Shown: positions 34,201 through 46,737, numbered from the stretch's first letter. The stretch is DNA of 64,000 bases from Paraspadella gotoi (GCA_051294375.1 CM119271.1:15010770-15074769); one strand, 5' to 3'. Notes: generated by a model from the letters alone, not told the origin. Numbers and translations: made by a program.

Positions 34201-37200
34201 TTAATTGCTGATACATTTATCGACCCATCTATTAATTGCTTATCCTTTCTAAAATCAAAGGCGGGTATTCCTCCCGGCATCTTTAACGTAGTCACCGCCT
34301 CGAGGTCCAAAACGCCCGCCGTCGCCAAAGTCCTTTGCGAGGATCCTCGCGTCAAGAAAATTTCGTTTACGGGTGAGGAGATGGATCAGGAGATGGATCA
34401 CGATATGGATCAGCAGATGGATCAGCAGATGTGTGATAGGGAGATTGTGTCCCCGAGTTTGAAGAGTTAAGATATAAGAGTATATAAGAGTCAGCGGGAC
34501 GATGTCAACAAAAATAATATATATATATATTATTATACATATATATAATATTAAATATCTATTAGAAAACTGAAACATAAAGTAATCTTACCTTGTGTTG
34601 TGTAGATGTACCCTCTATTTCCAAACAGATAAATAATATTATATTTAAATATTTAACACAAAATATTATAACAAATAAATAAAATCATAAATAATAGTTA
34701 TTTTAAATCTAAATACAAAATAAAGATAGTGAAACAAGTAATTTTTAACTTTCATAATCACAGTAACGTCTCGCCTCTACATCGTGACCCGCCGATTTCA
34801 AAAATTCACCATACAAAAACGAGAAGAGATTTTAATTTTTTAGAAAAAAGATACATAAAGATAAAACAAATACATAAACAGAGACATACATGGTACATAC
34901 ATAAAAAATTTAAATAAGTATCTTTTTTTCAAAATATTAAAATTTTTACACGTTTTCATTTGGTTAATTTTTTCTAGCTGTGGGTTCCTAATGGTCACCA
35001 TGTAGTTTCATTCCGTGTAATCAAACCGTGGCCAAAAATGAGCTATTTCTTGAGATTGACTACCCAACTCTCCCCCCCCCCAACCATTTACATCTTTAAA
35101 AAAAAGGGTCTACCGCTGTGGGTAAGATATTAATGCGTCAATGCGCGGAGGGAGTGAAGAAGATGTCGCTGGAGTTGGGCGGCAACGCCCCCTTCGTTGT
35201 TTTCGAGTCGGCGCGGATCGAGGAGGCCGTCGCGGGGGCGATCGCCAACAAGTTTCGGAATATGGGGCAGGTAGTGGAAGGGGGGGGGAGTTTTTAAATT
35301 GGTTCACAACCTTTAAAAAAAAACAAAAAACGATTATCGAATGAACAATCGAGCTTTCTTGCCGGATGAGTTGTTGGGTTATGGTCTCCATTTCTCTTAT
35401 GCGATTATTTCATAACAAATACAACCAATGAAGATTTACCAAAAGAATATGTATATTTTTTTTAAAAAAATCGCGTTTCCTTTCGATCGTTGCGACTTTT
35501 TTTTTTTTAGCCCAAATTGTATTCTCGAATAGTTTTATCCACATTAACCACTTTAATTTACAACTTTACAACTTTCAAACGATGTAAAAAGAAAAGAATA
35601 GTTTTTCGCCATCGAATTTTTCAACCGCAGACTTGCGTTTGCACGAACCGGTTCTTCGTTCACGACTCGGTCCACGACGCATTCGTCGCCAAACTCGGCG
35701 CCGCTCTCGACGACTTCCGGTTGGGCGACGGCCTCGTCTCCGGAGTTGATCAGGGGCCGCTCATCAATGCAGCCGCTGTTGAAAAAGTCGATCGATTGGT
35801 GAGAGGAGAGGGAGAGAGTGACTGAGGCAAGAGAGATAGAGAGAGAAACCAATCGGAGAAACTCCCTCGCCCTCCCAGGTCCAAGACGCCGTGGCTTCAG
35901 GGGCACAAACGGTGAAGGGAGGCGCTGTTGCTAAGCAACACGGACCCAACTTTTACCAACCGACTTTGTTGACTCAAGTTAATCTAGACGTAAGTTTAAC
36001 CTGATACGTAATATTTAATTTTATTTAGACATATTGGTAATAACCTTTCCTTTCGTTGTTCTGTGTATTGAGGCAAAATGGTTTTTGTTTTACAACGAAT
36101 TTTTTTTATTTTTCATAGAAAAAACGGACATGTTTCGGCTTTAGTTGCAAGCCTTCTTCAGCGTCAACAATTTGTTGAAGGCTTGCAACTAAAGCCGAAA
36201 CATGTCCGTTTTTTCTATGAAAAAAAAAAAAAAAATTCGTTGTAAAACAAAAACCATTTTGCCTTAATTTTATTTATATAACTTTGAATTAGACATTGTG
36301 GTGTAATCCTTTCGTTTCGTTGTGTAATGATTAGAAGAGTTTGAAATTAATTTCGGCTCAGTTACAAGCCTTCATCAGCGTTAAAAAGAGTTTGTGAATT
36401 TGAAACAAAATTGAGTGCATAAAGAAAAGATAGAGAGAGAGAGAGGGGGAATAAGCAAAGTTTCCAATCTCTCAATCTTTTCTTTATGCACACAATTTTG
36501 TTTCAAATTCACAAACTCTTTTTAACGCTGATGAAGGCTTGTAACTGAGCCGAAACATGTCCGTTATTAATAAAAATCGTTGTTGAAAATTAATTTCAAA
36601 CTCTTCTAACTTTGAATTAATATATTAGTACGAAATCTGTATTACTAGAGATTATTATTTATTTAAATAGATTTGAATTCGGTATCATTTAGAATTTAGT
36701 ACAAAATCGGTATTATTAGCTCGAATAGCTCAATGAAAAAAAAAAAATTTAGAAGCCTTACTAGGGAGACTGAGTGAGTGTACGAATATTGCATAATGTA
36801 CTTTTCGAAAAGTGAAATTCGTGAAAACTAGGGAAAGTTGAGATTAAGATATTCCGGTTGAGATTAATATAACCCGGTCGTTCGGGTTCGGTTCTAGTTA
36901 TAAAATTAGGGAAGGTTTATGGTCAATCGACCCCCTGACCTGGCCAGTGGCCACTCGGTGACTCTGGCCCAAACTCCCCATGTGACCAAAAGAGCGTCGA
37001 TTCAAGTTGAAGTCGCGTCGGTTCGACCATCAATTTTTTTCTTTCTTTCTTTTTTTCTTTTTTTCTTTCTTTCGGTCAATTAATTCATTTAAAAGATGAG
37101 ATTTTCTCCTTCAACTCTAAAAAGTCTTTGGCGATCAATTTTTCTTCTTTGAATTTTCGGCTTCGATAATTAAAAAAAAACAACAAAAAAATAATAAAAA

Positions 37201-39021
37201 ATACAACCCTTTACGAGTATTAACTAATTTTTCGACATTTTATACTTATGTGTGATGTTATTTTATTTATAAGTTGCGGCTGCAATTAAATCGTGAATTT
37301 GTAATAAAAACTAGTATGTGATTCTTCATATACAAGTATGTGAATTTGTAATAAAAACTATTATGTGACTCTTCATATACGCTTCAAAATGTCGAAAAAT
37401 TAGCTGATTTCAGCCTCCAAAAAAAACAAAAAAAAAAAAAAAACCCAAAAACTTCCGCGATTTGGCCTCAGCAACAATGGCGCCGGTGTCCCATACCGAA
37501 CTCTCCTATCTCTCCAGCCACGCGGAGCGCGAGCTCGCCGCTCTCATGATGCTGGAGTCCCAGGAAAAACTCATGTACAGGAGGGGTCGCTACGTCAACG
37601 ACCGCAACAGGGTCCCGCCGCCAAGCTTGCTCAAGTACATTCTCGTCAAGTCCGTCATGAGAGACTTGAAGAAAACTCTGGACGCCTCCACGATTTGCGA
37701 TGTGGGTCGACGAGGAGTTTGGAAGAGAAAAGCGAAACCCGTGAAGAGAATCGGCGCCGACGCCCGTCCGCCTTTTCGCCCCTTCAGGCACCCCACGGGC
37801 CAGGAAGGGCCGACCCCAGGGCCGGCAGTCCCTTGCGGCAACCAGGCGGATCCCGATCAGGCGGACGAGATAAGCGACGACGAGGAGGAAGATTGAATCC
37901 GCCTGACAAGAATGCAAGCAAAGACGCGCCCTTAAATAAAAACAAACTACATTGTCAAAAATTGTTTCTTTTTTTAGCATTGTGAATTTTAAAAGAAATT
38001 TTCATTCATTCACGTACGTAAATTACGTACATAAAAACGTAAACTTTTTTTAAATAATGGGCGCGAAATAATTTGGTATTTTTTCTCGTTGTTCAGTTTC
38101 AGTTTCTTCCCTTAAATTTTCCGAATTTTGTTTTTTCGGAATTTGTTTGTTTTCGTCGTTAAGTTTTCTTTGAGAAATAAATATCAGTGAATTATCAATA
38201 CGTTTTTTTTTTCTATTTTCTTATATTCTGGAAGTCAGTTTTTTGTAGAGTATGTCGTCAGTTGCTCGAGTTACTAAATAAAATTAAAAATAAGGTTCTG
38301 AAGTTCTCGAATCATAAATTTCTATTTGGCTTAAAGAATGGTATCAGTGATATCATGTCAACTATCATTCCCAGATGTCGATCGCTCGCGAGGAGATATT
38401 CGGTCCAGTCGCGACGATCATCAAATTCAAGAGCGAAGATGAAGTCGTGGCGATGGCCAACGCCACGCCCTACGGCCTTTCAGGTCATTTCAGTCTTGGA
38501 CAAAACCCTCATTCTTTCCCTACAATATGTTGTCAATTGTGAAACTTAATCAACCAATTTTTCATTCCTTTAATAATCAAAGTATCTTTCGATTGGGCTG
38601 TCAGAATTAAGAACTACAAATTATAAGTTTCGCAATCCTCTTGTCATTGGATCCTGGCATAATCTTTCACTTATGGAGAATTAGGTTGTTATTGTTATAT
38701 CACTTCGGATGCGTTTAATTATATTAATTTAATTATAGTTATTTTTATAATGTGAAGAAGAGAGTTGGTTGAAGAATCGCGCCCCTCTGCCCGTCCTCAG
38801 GCTATTTCTACTCCCAAGACGTGTCACAGATCTGGCGCGTGGCCTCTCGTCTCGAGTTCGGGATGATAGGCGTCAACGAAGGCGCCATCTCCACGACGGA
38901 GGCGGCATTCGGCGGCGTCAAGCAAAGCGGATTCGGTCGGGAATCTTCCAAATATGGAATCGACGAATATTTGGACGTCAAATACATCTGCCTCGGCGGA
39001 ATGCGAGGGGGAGTCTGTTGA
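31265..39021 (+). CDS. ALDH5A1: Succinate-semialdehyde dehydrogenase, mitochondrial, multi-exon
   Basis: [15 protein letters not shown]|[36 protein letters not shown]|[22 protein letters not shown]|TCVCTN, EEIFGPV and [22 protein letters not shown] are SSADH-type motifs. Confidence 0.93.
32065..32250 (+). repeat. Most complete copy of a ~190-bp dispersed intronic repeat (other copies ~2450-2585 (-), 5820-5860, 8644-8750, 13552-13620, 28290-28388, 33165-33315, 54893-54960 (-), 63863-63940)
   Basis: Shared core 'aatataaaaattatccattcatttaataaataagctatcttgccccagactttggacaggctttggtggtttaaggcctccatc..cttacaagat...gcaagctttcaatcaagactct'. Confidence 0.85.
36028..36263. mobile_element. Palindromic mini-element 1 (Penelope-like remnant or retrozyme-like) carrying a hammerhead motif
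   Basis: Flanked by the 13-bp direct repeat TTAATTTTATTTA (36015-36027 and 36264-36276). Near-perfect inverted arms of about 85 bp (~36071-36156 and ~36177-36264). Confidence 0.7.
36123..36165 (-). ncRNA. Minimal type I hammerhead ribozyme motif
   Basis: The - strand reads GACG-CUGAAGA-A-GGCUU-gcaacua-AAGCC-GAAAC-AU-GUC-CGUU: conserved core, 5-bp stem II, palindromic ACAUGU stem III, GUC cleavage triplet and closing stem I. Confidence 0.78.
36292..36606. mobile_element. Palindromic mini-element 2 (related to element 1) carrying a hammerhead motif
   Basis: Flanked by the 13-bp direct repeat TAACTTTGAATTA (36279-36291 and 36607-36619). Shares the GACAT...cctttc.tttcgttgt end with element 1. 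Long inverted arms span ~36331-36609. Confidence 0.7.
36523..36566 (+). ncRNA. Minimal type I hammerhead ribozyme motif
   Basis: UAACG-CUGAUGA-A-GGCUU-guaacu-GAGCC-GAAAC-AU-GUC-CGUUA. Stem I is UAACG/CGUUA; predicted cleavage after C36561. Confidence 0.82.
37477..37896 (+). CDS. Nested single-exon ORF (139 aa) inside ALDH5A1 intron 35990-38374; SERTA/IER-like motif
   Basis: GC-rich coding-like island in an AT-rich intron, preceded by ctcAG|caacaATG and followed by AATAAA at 37935. '[12 protein letters not shown]...[18 protein letters not shown]' resembles the SERTA/IER helix-loop-helix pattern; acidic tail. Confidence 0.6.
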   Translation: MAPVSHTELSYLSSHAERELAALMMLESQEKLMYRRGRYVNDRNRVPPPSLLKYILVKSVMRDLKKTLDASTICDVGRRGVWKRKAKPVKRIGADARPPFRPFRHPTGQEGPTPGPAVPCGNQADPDQADEISDDEEED

Positions 39022-39204
39022 ATAAAGTCTCTCGCTCTTTTTTAAAGAAACATCAATTTTTATTCTAGTCTACAAATATCAATCCTTCCCACATAAAAAA
39101 AAACCTGGTTATTTTCCTTAATTCATTCGTTGGTTTTTTTTAATCCGTTGATTATTTTTTAATTTTGTAGATTTTTTTTGTCGAACTTTAAAAAAAAAAT
39201 AAGG

Positions 39205-40707
39205 ATGAATTCGATTCGTCAAATCGGGAAGGCGTTGACGACGACGAGAAACGTCGCTTCTGTCGCTGCCAGATCGATCGCTTTCAGGTCAGAGCATCGA
39301 CCATTTTTAGACTTGCGCCAAGTTTTGTTTATATAAATAATGATAAAATTAAAATCTTTTTTTATTGGGTAGAATATACTGGTTGCTGCTTCGGATCCAG
39401 CAGCAACGCGAGCATCATTGTTGACATGGAATGCATATCCAATAGTCCATTGTCCAATATGCTGCTAAATGCAATTTGGATTCGAGTATCATTGCATGAA
39501 ATCTATTCCCCACTGTATTTGAAATTTATGGCTATTTGAATTTGATCACTTTACTATAAAAGTATAATGAAGTTTATTAAGATAATACAATTATGGTAAG
39601 AATTGTAATGATGATGACGAGTCCCCCTTAGGCCGAATCCCGATGACGACTCGGACAACAGAAGAGACTCTAGAGATTCTCGAAGGAACGCGGAGCCGAT
39701 GGAGCGGAGGAGTTTTGAACGCTTCGTCAACAGCGTCTCTCTCTTCGGCATCCTCGGAAAAAAACCGGAGCTCTTGGGGCCTGAGGGTGAGGGGGAGGAT
39801 TAAGGGGGAGGATTAAGGGGGAACGTTCTATGGTTGCTCACTTGTTTGCAAAGTAAAACAACGAAATGCTACGCGAAATTTGCCGCAGTTACTTTGTGAT
39901 GACGTGAACGTATTTCTATATATGGTCACGTGACTACGCATTAGTAGAACACGAGTGATACATTGGTACATTGATCACGTGACTTGACAAGTATGATACC
40001 AATGCTCATTAATGGTCTTACGATACCTTTCCTTCCTACCAAATATGGAAGTTAATTCCTGCAGTGTGACCCCAATTATGAGCAGTGAAAATCAATCCCC
40101 CCCCCCGGTTCCCCCCCGGTTCCCTACCCCCGGTTCCCCCCCCCCGGTCTCCCCCCCGCACCTTTTTTAGAAAAAGAAGTCGTCTGCTTTCCTCTTCTCA
40201 CCAAAAAGTTTTTCCATAAGGACAACGACCTTCAGGAAGAACGGCACTGGCATCGCGTGCGTCTTTTTTTAAATATTTATTGTAATTGATTAATAAATAG
40301 GATGAATTTTAATTTAATTACTACTTATTTGTTAATCGTTGACGCAGATTATGGTTTCGAATCGTTTCCCAGGCCTCAAGCGCTTTTCGCAAACTCTTAA
40401 CGTCGGTGATCGTGTTTTGGTGAGAACACATCTTTCTTGGCTCAATCACTTCCCATCACTTCACTTCATTCACTCTTCTGAGTTTATTTCACTTCTCACG
40501 CGATTCCGCTCGTCACTCACCCCAACTTTGATTTTTCAGGTGAACGGCTCCATCCTCTACAGAAAGTTTGAGGATGGAAACGAAACGACGACCGTCTTGG
40601 CCGATTCGCTCGTCAGAGGAGAGAAGGCCAAATTGCGAAAAGACGACGACGACACCAGCAGCGACAGCGACAGCGATGGCGGCGACCCCGCCGCGGCTCA
40701 AAAATAA
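39205..40707 (+). CDS. SSBP1: Mitochondrial single-stranded DNA-binding protein-like (OB fold), 5 exons
   Basis: Targeting-like N-terminus, then ERFVNSVSLFGILGKKP, WHR|IMV..FPGL, GDRVL|VNGSILY..F and TTVLADSL, aligning by eye with the mtSSB pattern. Divergent. Confidence 0.72.
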
Positions 40708-40831
40708 ATTATAAAACATAAGAACGATGAATTGTGATGAATTTTTTTTTTTTTTTTTTTTGTCTCGGACTGATTCACCGTGTCGCCGCTAAAAGACGTT
40801 AGTAGTTTCGTTCTCTCTCTCGATTTTGTTA

Positions 40832-42921
40832 CAGTATCGGTTTTAAAGAACCTGGAAAAGTCCAGGGAGGCTGTAACTTTTTTTGTAAAATGCTGGAAAT
40901 CAGTTGAAAATCGAATACGGGTTAGACCTGAGGGTGGTTTATTCCCCATAAGAGTTTGAGCCACTTTAAAAAAAAAATAGTGAATGGGCATTTTTTTGGA
41001 CAAAAAATTAATTTGCATACTGTAAAAAAAAATATGGTAGTAAATACTCTTATATTATGGTGATATAACCGGGAGGGGTTGCCTAAACCAGTGGTAAAAC
41101 AAAATGATCAAATACAGCTTTGTTAAAACTCATTTGCATACAGTAGCAATATATTTTTTCATAATATTGTATTTTCAGTCTTATGATAATTTAAAAGAAA
41201 TGTATTTCAAATAATAGCTAACTGATACACGAATAACATACAATGCATAAAATAGAATATTTGTTATTCTTTAATCCAAAATTAATTTTCAACAAAATAT
41301 AAAAATATGCATTTTTTTGAACAAATGTTTTTTTAAAAATAGTAATTATGCCAACCAACTGTCCTCGATGCACTGATTACAAATATATAATTTTTTTTTA
41401 AATACGACTACTATATTATGAAAATAAATCCTTCAAAACCTTAAAAAATACAGAAAAACACCCTTAATTCAAACTTTAATAAAAACCGTTCCAATGATAT
41501 TACATCTCTCATACTTTAATACATATCAAGGAGAACCATCAGGTTTATTGTGTAAAAGTTATAGATAACTTCGATAAGGAATGACTGCACAGGAAGGCAA
41601 AAAATAGATGGATGAACTATATCAGCTTGTAATTGAATAATGTACTCTTGCTTAATAAGGCGGCACAAAGTAAAATTTTTATTTTTAAGAACCGATTCAG
41701 ATAGCCCATAAAAAGTTTTTTACACAAAGTATAATGCATTTTTCAATATTTTGATGATAAGTGGGTCAAATAACGGAAAAACTCTTTAAAATCATCATCA
41801 TCATCGTCCTACCATAATTTTATAGTTTTTGTTAATATTAAGCAATAAAACAATAAAATTTGAAAATCTTGTAGTAATATTTTTTATTTATTTTTTCAAT
41901 CTCTACCCGAATCCGCTTTTAAAAATTCTGATTTTGAAAAAAAAAATTTCATGATTTATAGTAATACGATAAACTTTAAATGCTTTATATTATTTACTAT
42001 ATATAAAATCTTAATTTTTTTTTTTCAATTCATCCCACAGGGATGCTCTAACGTTATTTATATTACAGAACTCTTAGTTTTTACTTTGTTCCGCCTTATT
42101 AAGCAAGAGTATATTATTCAATTACAAGCTGATATAGTTCATCTATCTATTTTTCGCCTTCCTGTGCAGTCATTCCTTATCGAAGTTATCTATAACTTTC
42201 ACACAATAAACCTGATGGTTCTCCTTGATATGTATTAAAGTATGAGAGATGTAATATCATTGGAACGGTTTTATTAAAGTTTGAATTAAGGGTGTTTTTC
42301 TGTATTTTTAAGGTTTTGAAGGGTTATATTTCATAATATAGTAGTCGTATTTAAAAAAAAATTATATATTTGTAATCAGTGCACCAAGGACAGTTGGTTG
42401 GCATAATTACTATTTTTAAAAAAACATTTGTTCAAAAAAATGCATATTTTTATAATTTGTTGAAAATTAATTTTTGATTAAAGAATAACAAATATTCTAT
42501 TTTATGCATTGTATGTTTATGGTGTATCAGTTAGCTATTATTTGAAATAATTTTTTTTTAAATTATCATAAGACTGAAAATACAATATTATGAAAAAATA
42601 TATTGCTACTGTATGCAAATGAGTTTTAACAAAGCTGTATTTGATCATTTTGTTTTACCACTGGTTTAGGCAACCCCTCCCGGTTATATCACCATAATAT
42701 AAGAGTATTTACTACCATATTTTTTTTACAGTATGCAAATTAATTTTTTTGTCCAAAAAAAATGCCCATTCACTATTTTTTTTTTTAAAGTGGCTCAAAC
42801 TCTTATGGGGAATAAACCACCCTCAGGTCTAACCCGTATTCGATTTTCAGCTGATTTCCAGCATTTACAAAAAAGTTACAGCCTCCCTGGAACTTTTCCA
42901 GGTTCTTCAAAACCGATACTG
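40832..42921. mobile_element. Non-autonomous foldback DNA transposon (Tc1/mariner-type ends) with ~840-bp inverted arms
   Basis: TA|CAGTATCGGTTTT...AAAACCGATACTG|TA. The arms (~40832-41675 and ~42077-42921) are near-identical reverse complements around a ~400-bp AT-rich spacer. No transposase ORF. Confidence 0.9.
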
Positions 42922-43026
42922 TATCTTTTATTCTTTTTGTTGTTCTATTTTTTCCTGACCAAAAGTTAGTCGGTCAGTCAGTCAGTCAGTCAGTCAGTCG
43001 CGTTTACAACAACAACAAAAACAAAT

Positions 43027-43790
43027 ATGGAGTCGGCGGAGACGGTCTCGGCCGTCGGATCTCTCGGCGCGTCCGGCGGGAGAGTCCGGAAAAAATCGCA
43101 AAAGGTTTTGGAGATGGAAGACTTTAAAAGCGCTTGGGCGGAACGGGAGGTCGGAGGCGGACGAAAGAAGACGTTCAAATCGCCGGATCGAGGGGAAAAG
43201 GGACGCGGCGTCGGCGGCGACAGCGCTGGCGACAGCTCTGGGGATGGCGCTGGCGCCGCCATTAGTACCCCCACTAAATCCGCCAATGGATTCGGTCGCC
43301 TTCTTTCCGCGACATCCGGAGCCAAACCTTCGGTCTCCTGGCGCCGGGACGAGGGAAAGAAACTAGCGGCGCCGTCCTCAACTTCCGGTCAGAAAAGCGG
43401 CGCGATGACGCCGACGATTTTGACAAAGAAACCCGCAACGCCGACAACGAAACCGACGTACAACGGAAATTTATCCTCGTCCTTCGCGGAACATCATCAT
43501 CATTCCAATAAATCCCCATCCGTTAAAACCTCTTCGAATAAATCTCCTTCCAATAAATCTCTTTCCCTTAAACCATCTTTTCTCAAGTCCTCTTCCTTTA
43601 AATCCCCGTCCGTCAAATCCACTTCCGTCCTCAACGGGTCGGTCAGCTTCGCCGAGACGACGCCTCCCAAAATTCCAAGACTCTCTCCTCCTCTTCTTTC
43701 CTCGTCCACCGATTCCAACGCCGCCAAGACGCCACGCCCGTCGACGGAGGGAGGCGCGACCCCGACGACGCCGGTTGGCGAAGATGTCAA

Positions 43791-43821
<31 letters not shown>

Positions 43822-44342
43822 TCGTCGTCAAGGGGAACCTCTCATTTGGTAAGGTCCATTTATAGGCGGGTGATGAAGGCTATGATTTATGCAGTACTAT
43901 TTCATGTGGCAAGGGCAATGCCAATGGAACTTTGAATAATTTACTATCTTAGCGGCCTAAACAACAACAACCACTTTACAACTCAATCACCAAACAACCA
44001 CTTAACCGTTTAGTGGTCAGTTAAAAGTGACCTCGGAACCAGTTAATCTCGTTTAACCGTTTATGTAAAGTAACGTAAAGTAAAGTCTCCACACTATTAA
44101 ATACAAATGAAACTGAAAAACTAAATCTTTTTTAGTAATAACCGAAAAACCATCTGGTACAAATTGGATAAGAAACTAAATATTTACATTTACTTTACTT
44201 TACTTTACTTTACTTCTTTTACCCTCGCTCTCTTCTATCCTATCTACCCAACTCCTTCTCTATTTATCCTTTCTCTCTCAAATATCTCTCTCCCTTTCTC
44301 CTCTTCCTTCCCTCCTCTCTTTTTTATTTTGTGATTTTTTTT

Positions 44343-44404
<62 letters not shown>

Positions 44405-45616
44405 CTCCCCCCTCCAATACAGATGGGGAAACAGGTGTTAAAAAAGAACAACTTCGAGGAGGAATTGTTAAAGGCGGACTTGGCGTTGATGCAGGCGAAA
44501 CAGGCGGCGGCCAAAAGAGCGAAGATCAAACAGGCGCGAGAAAAGCGGCGGGCGGAGAGCGAAGGAGAAAGGGGCGCCGCTTCCGCCGCGGCCATTCACG
44601 TGGTTCCTGACGGCGTCGGTGCGGCGACAGCGGCGGTCGCGGCGACAGCAGCGGCGCAAGATTTCGATTCGAGATTCGAAGTTTCGGCATCTGACGTAAA
44701 ATCCAGACACGTGGAAAAACAAGACAAAGAACGAAAGGACAAAGAACGAAAGGACAAAGATCGAAAAGAGAGAGAAGGAAAAGAGAAAGACAAAACCTGG
44801 TCCTCTTCTTCATCCAAAGATCTCCATCCAGTCTGCCCTCATTCCTCCTTCACTCGCGAGACTGGTTACCTCCTCTTCTGCAAAACCGCGAGACGCGAAG
44901 TGAGAAAAGATTTTCCCTCCATCAGCTTCGGCGAAATCTCTCGAGTCGCCGCCGAGCGATGGGCCGCCCTCTCCGTCCGGGAAAAGTTGGTCTGGAATAA
45001 GAAGGCCGCCAAGCGGGCGGCCGGACGATCGGGCAAATCGGGAGGAGAGAGTCGGGCGGAGGTGGAGGAGAAGGGGGGAGGCTTTGTAGGAAAGGGCGAG
45101 GAGGTTGAGGAGGTGAAGTCGACGGGCGACGAGGAGATTCGAGGAATCGACCAAGATGTCGATGATTCTCCGCCTCTTCCTCCTCCGGTTACTTCACACC
45201 CAAATCCTCCTCTTCCCTCTCAACCCCCTCTTCCTCCTCCTCCTCCTCCCAGCCCTTCCTCCCCTCGTCGAACCTTTCCCGCTCACTTCGTTCCTCCTCG
45301 AATCCAGTCTCCGTCTCTAGCGGAGGCCACGCCCACTCTCGAACCGTCTCCGCCTCCGCCGACCGCCTTGGACGCCGCCGCCCATCTCAAACTGCTCGGC
45401 GAATCGTTGACGGTGATCGGGACGCGGTTGACGGCGACGCGGACGCCGCTGGCCGTACAGGGCGGACTCTCGGTGCTGCTGGACTCGCTGCTTTGCGCCG
45501 TCGCGCCGCTGGTGGCGCTGTCGTCGGTCGCGGCGCCCGAGTTGACCGACGAAGAGGGTCTGAGGGTGCAGACGGAGACTGTGAGGAACGTGGATTACCT
45601 CATGCCAGGGATGTGA
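43027..45616 (+). CDS. HMGXB4: HMG-box containing 4 (exons 43027-43848, 44423-45616)
   Basis: N-terminal RVRKKSQKVLEME, an HMG box (TGYLLFCK..R......SFGEISR..AERW..LS..EK..W) and C-terminal LDAAAHLKLLGESLTVIG.RL...GGLSVLLDSLLCA..PL...NVDYLMPG. Confidence 0.9.
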
Positions 45617-46737
45617 AAAGTGGAGGGAGGGGAGATAAATCTACAGACTACATTATATTAAAAGTTTAATTCTAATATGAAGATTAGTTTATTTATTAGA
45701 TTTATGGTTGTCTCTTGAAAGTTCTGAAATTTCGGAGGAAAAAAGTGTGTTCTAAGAATAGTGAACGATTTAAAAAATAAAACCGAAACTATAATATAAA
45801 TCGGCTTTGGCTACGAAATCAGTTTTATTCCCCCCTAATTGCGATCGATGGGAAAAAAGTCGGTCGTATTGTAAGCGTCGATCGTAAAAACTATTTTTAA
45901 ATTTCTCCCCTCCATCCCCTCCCCCCCGCTCATCCCCTTCCCCCCGCTCCTCCCCTTCCCCCCGTTTGTTTCAATGAACCTCAGACCGAAATGGAAAAAT
46001 TCATCTTTACGATTTTCATTCTTTTCACGATTCTTTTCATATTTCAATGTTTTCGCATTTCACACACAAATTTTAATTATATTTTGAATTCTTAAAAAAA
46101 AAATCGAATCTCACGATCGAATGTCGAATTCGAGTTTCCAGTTTAAAAAAACTTCATTTTTACATATTAATTATTAAACAAGTTTTTTTTTCTTTTTGTG
46201 TCGCGAATTTTTATCAACTTCGTTATTTCCAAGTAGAAATAAAAAAAAATTACAAGGGGCGAAAATCTCATCTCAATCATAAGAAAAAAAACAATCAAAC
46301 AAAACAAAAAAAAAACAATCAAAGAAACAGAAACAGACGACGGAATCTCGAAACTTCGATCTCAATTTGATAGAAAAACAAAATAAAAAAACACGCGTTT
46401 TTTTCTTTCTCTCTTTCGATCTCTCGATCTCGAAAAGTTGACAGCCTCAATTGTCTTTAAGAGACATTCACTGTCATTGAGTGATTCATTTTCACTGTCA
46501 AGACATTGAGTGATTCATTTTCCCTCATCGCTTCTTCCCTCGACAATCTCCTCGCTCTTCCTCACTTCCTCACTCCCTCACTCCGACTTTTCTTCACCCT
46601 TTCGTCCAAATCGCTTTTTCTCCCAGAATCTCCTTTTCACTTATCCGTTTCACCCTTTCAAGAATATACGCCGAATCTCTTTCACAAAATTATCAAATTA
46701 TCCCCCCCCCCTCCTCTTAACCATCCCGAATTTAACC

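Noticed and set aside
34372-34431. Short tandem arrays (12-bp unit here, 10-bp unit at 61501-61546, (CAGT)n at ~42965-42998) as CRISPR-like repeats
   Set aside because: No unique spacers and a eukaryotic context; ordinary micro/minisatellites.
40698-42969. Mirror-image ORFs MQINF... on opposite strands
   Set aside because: By-products of the foldback arms; AT-rich with no transposase motifs.
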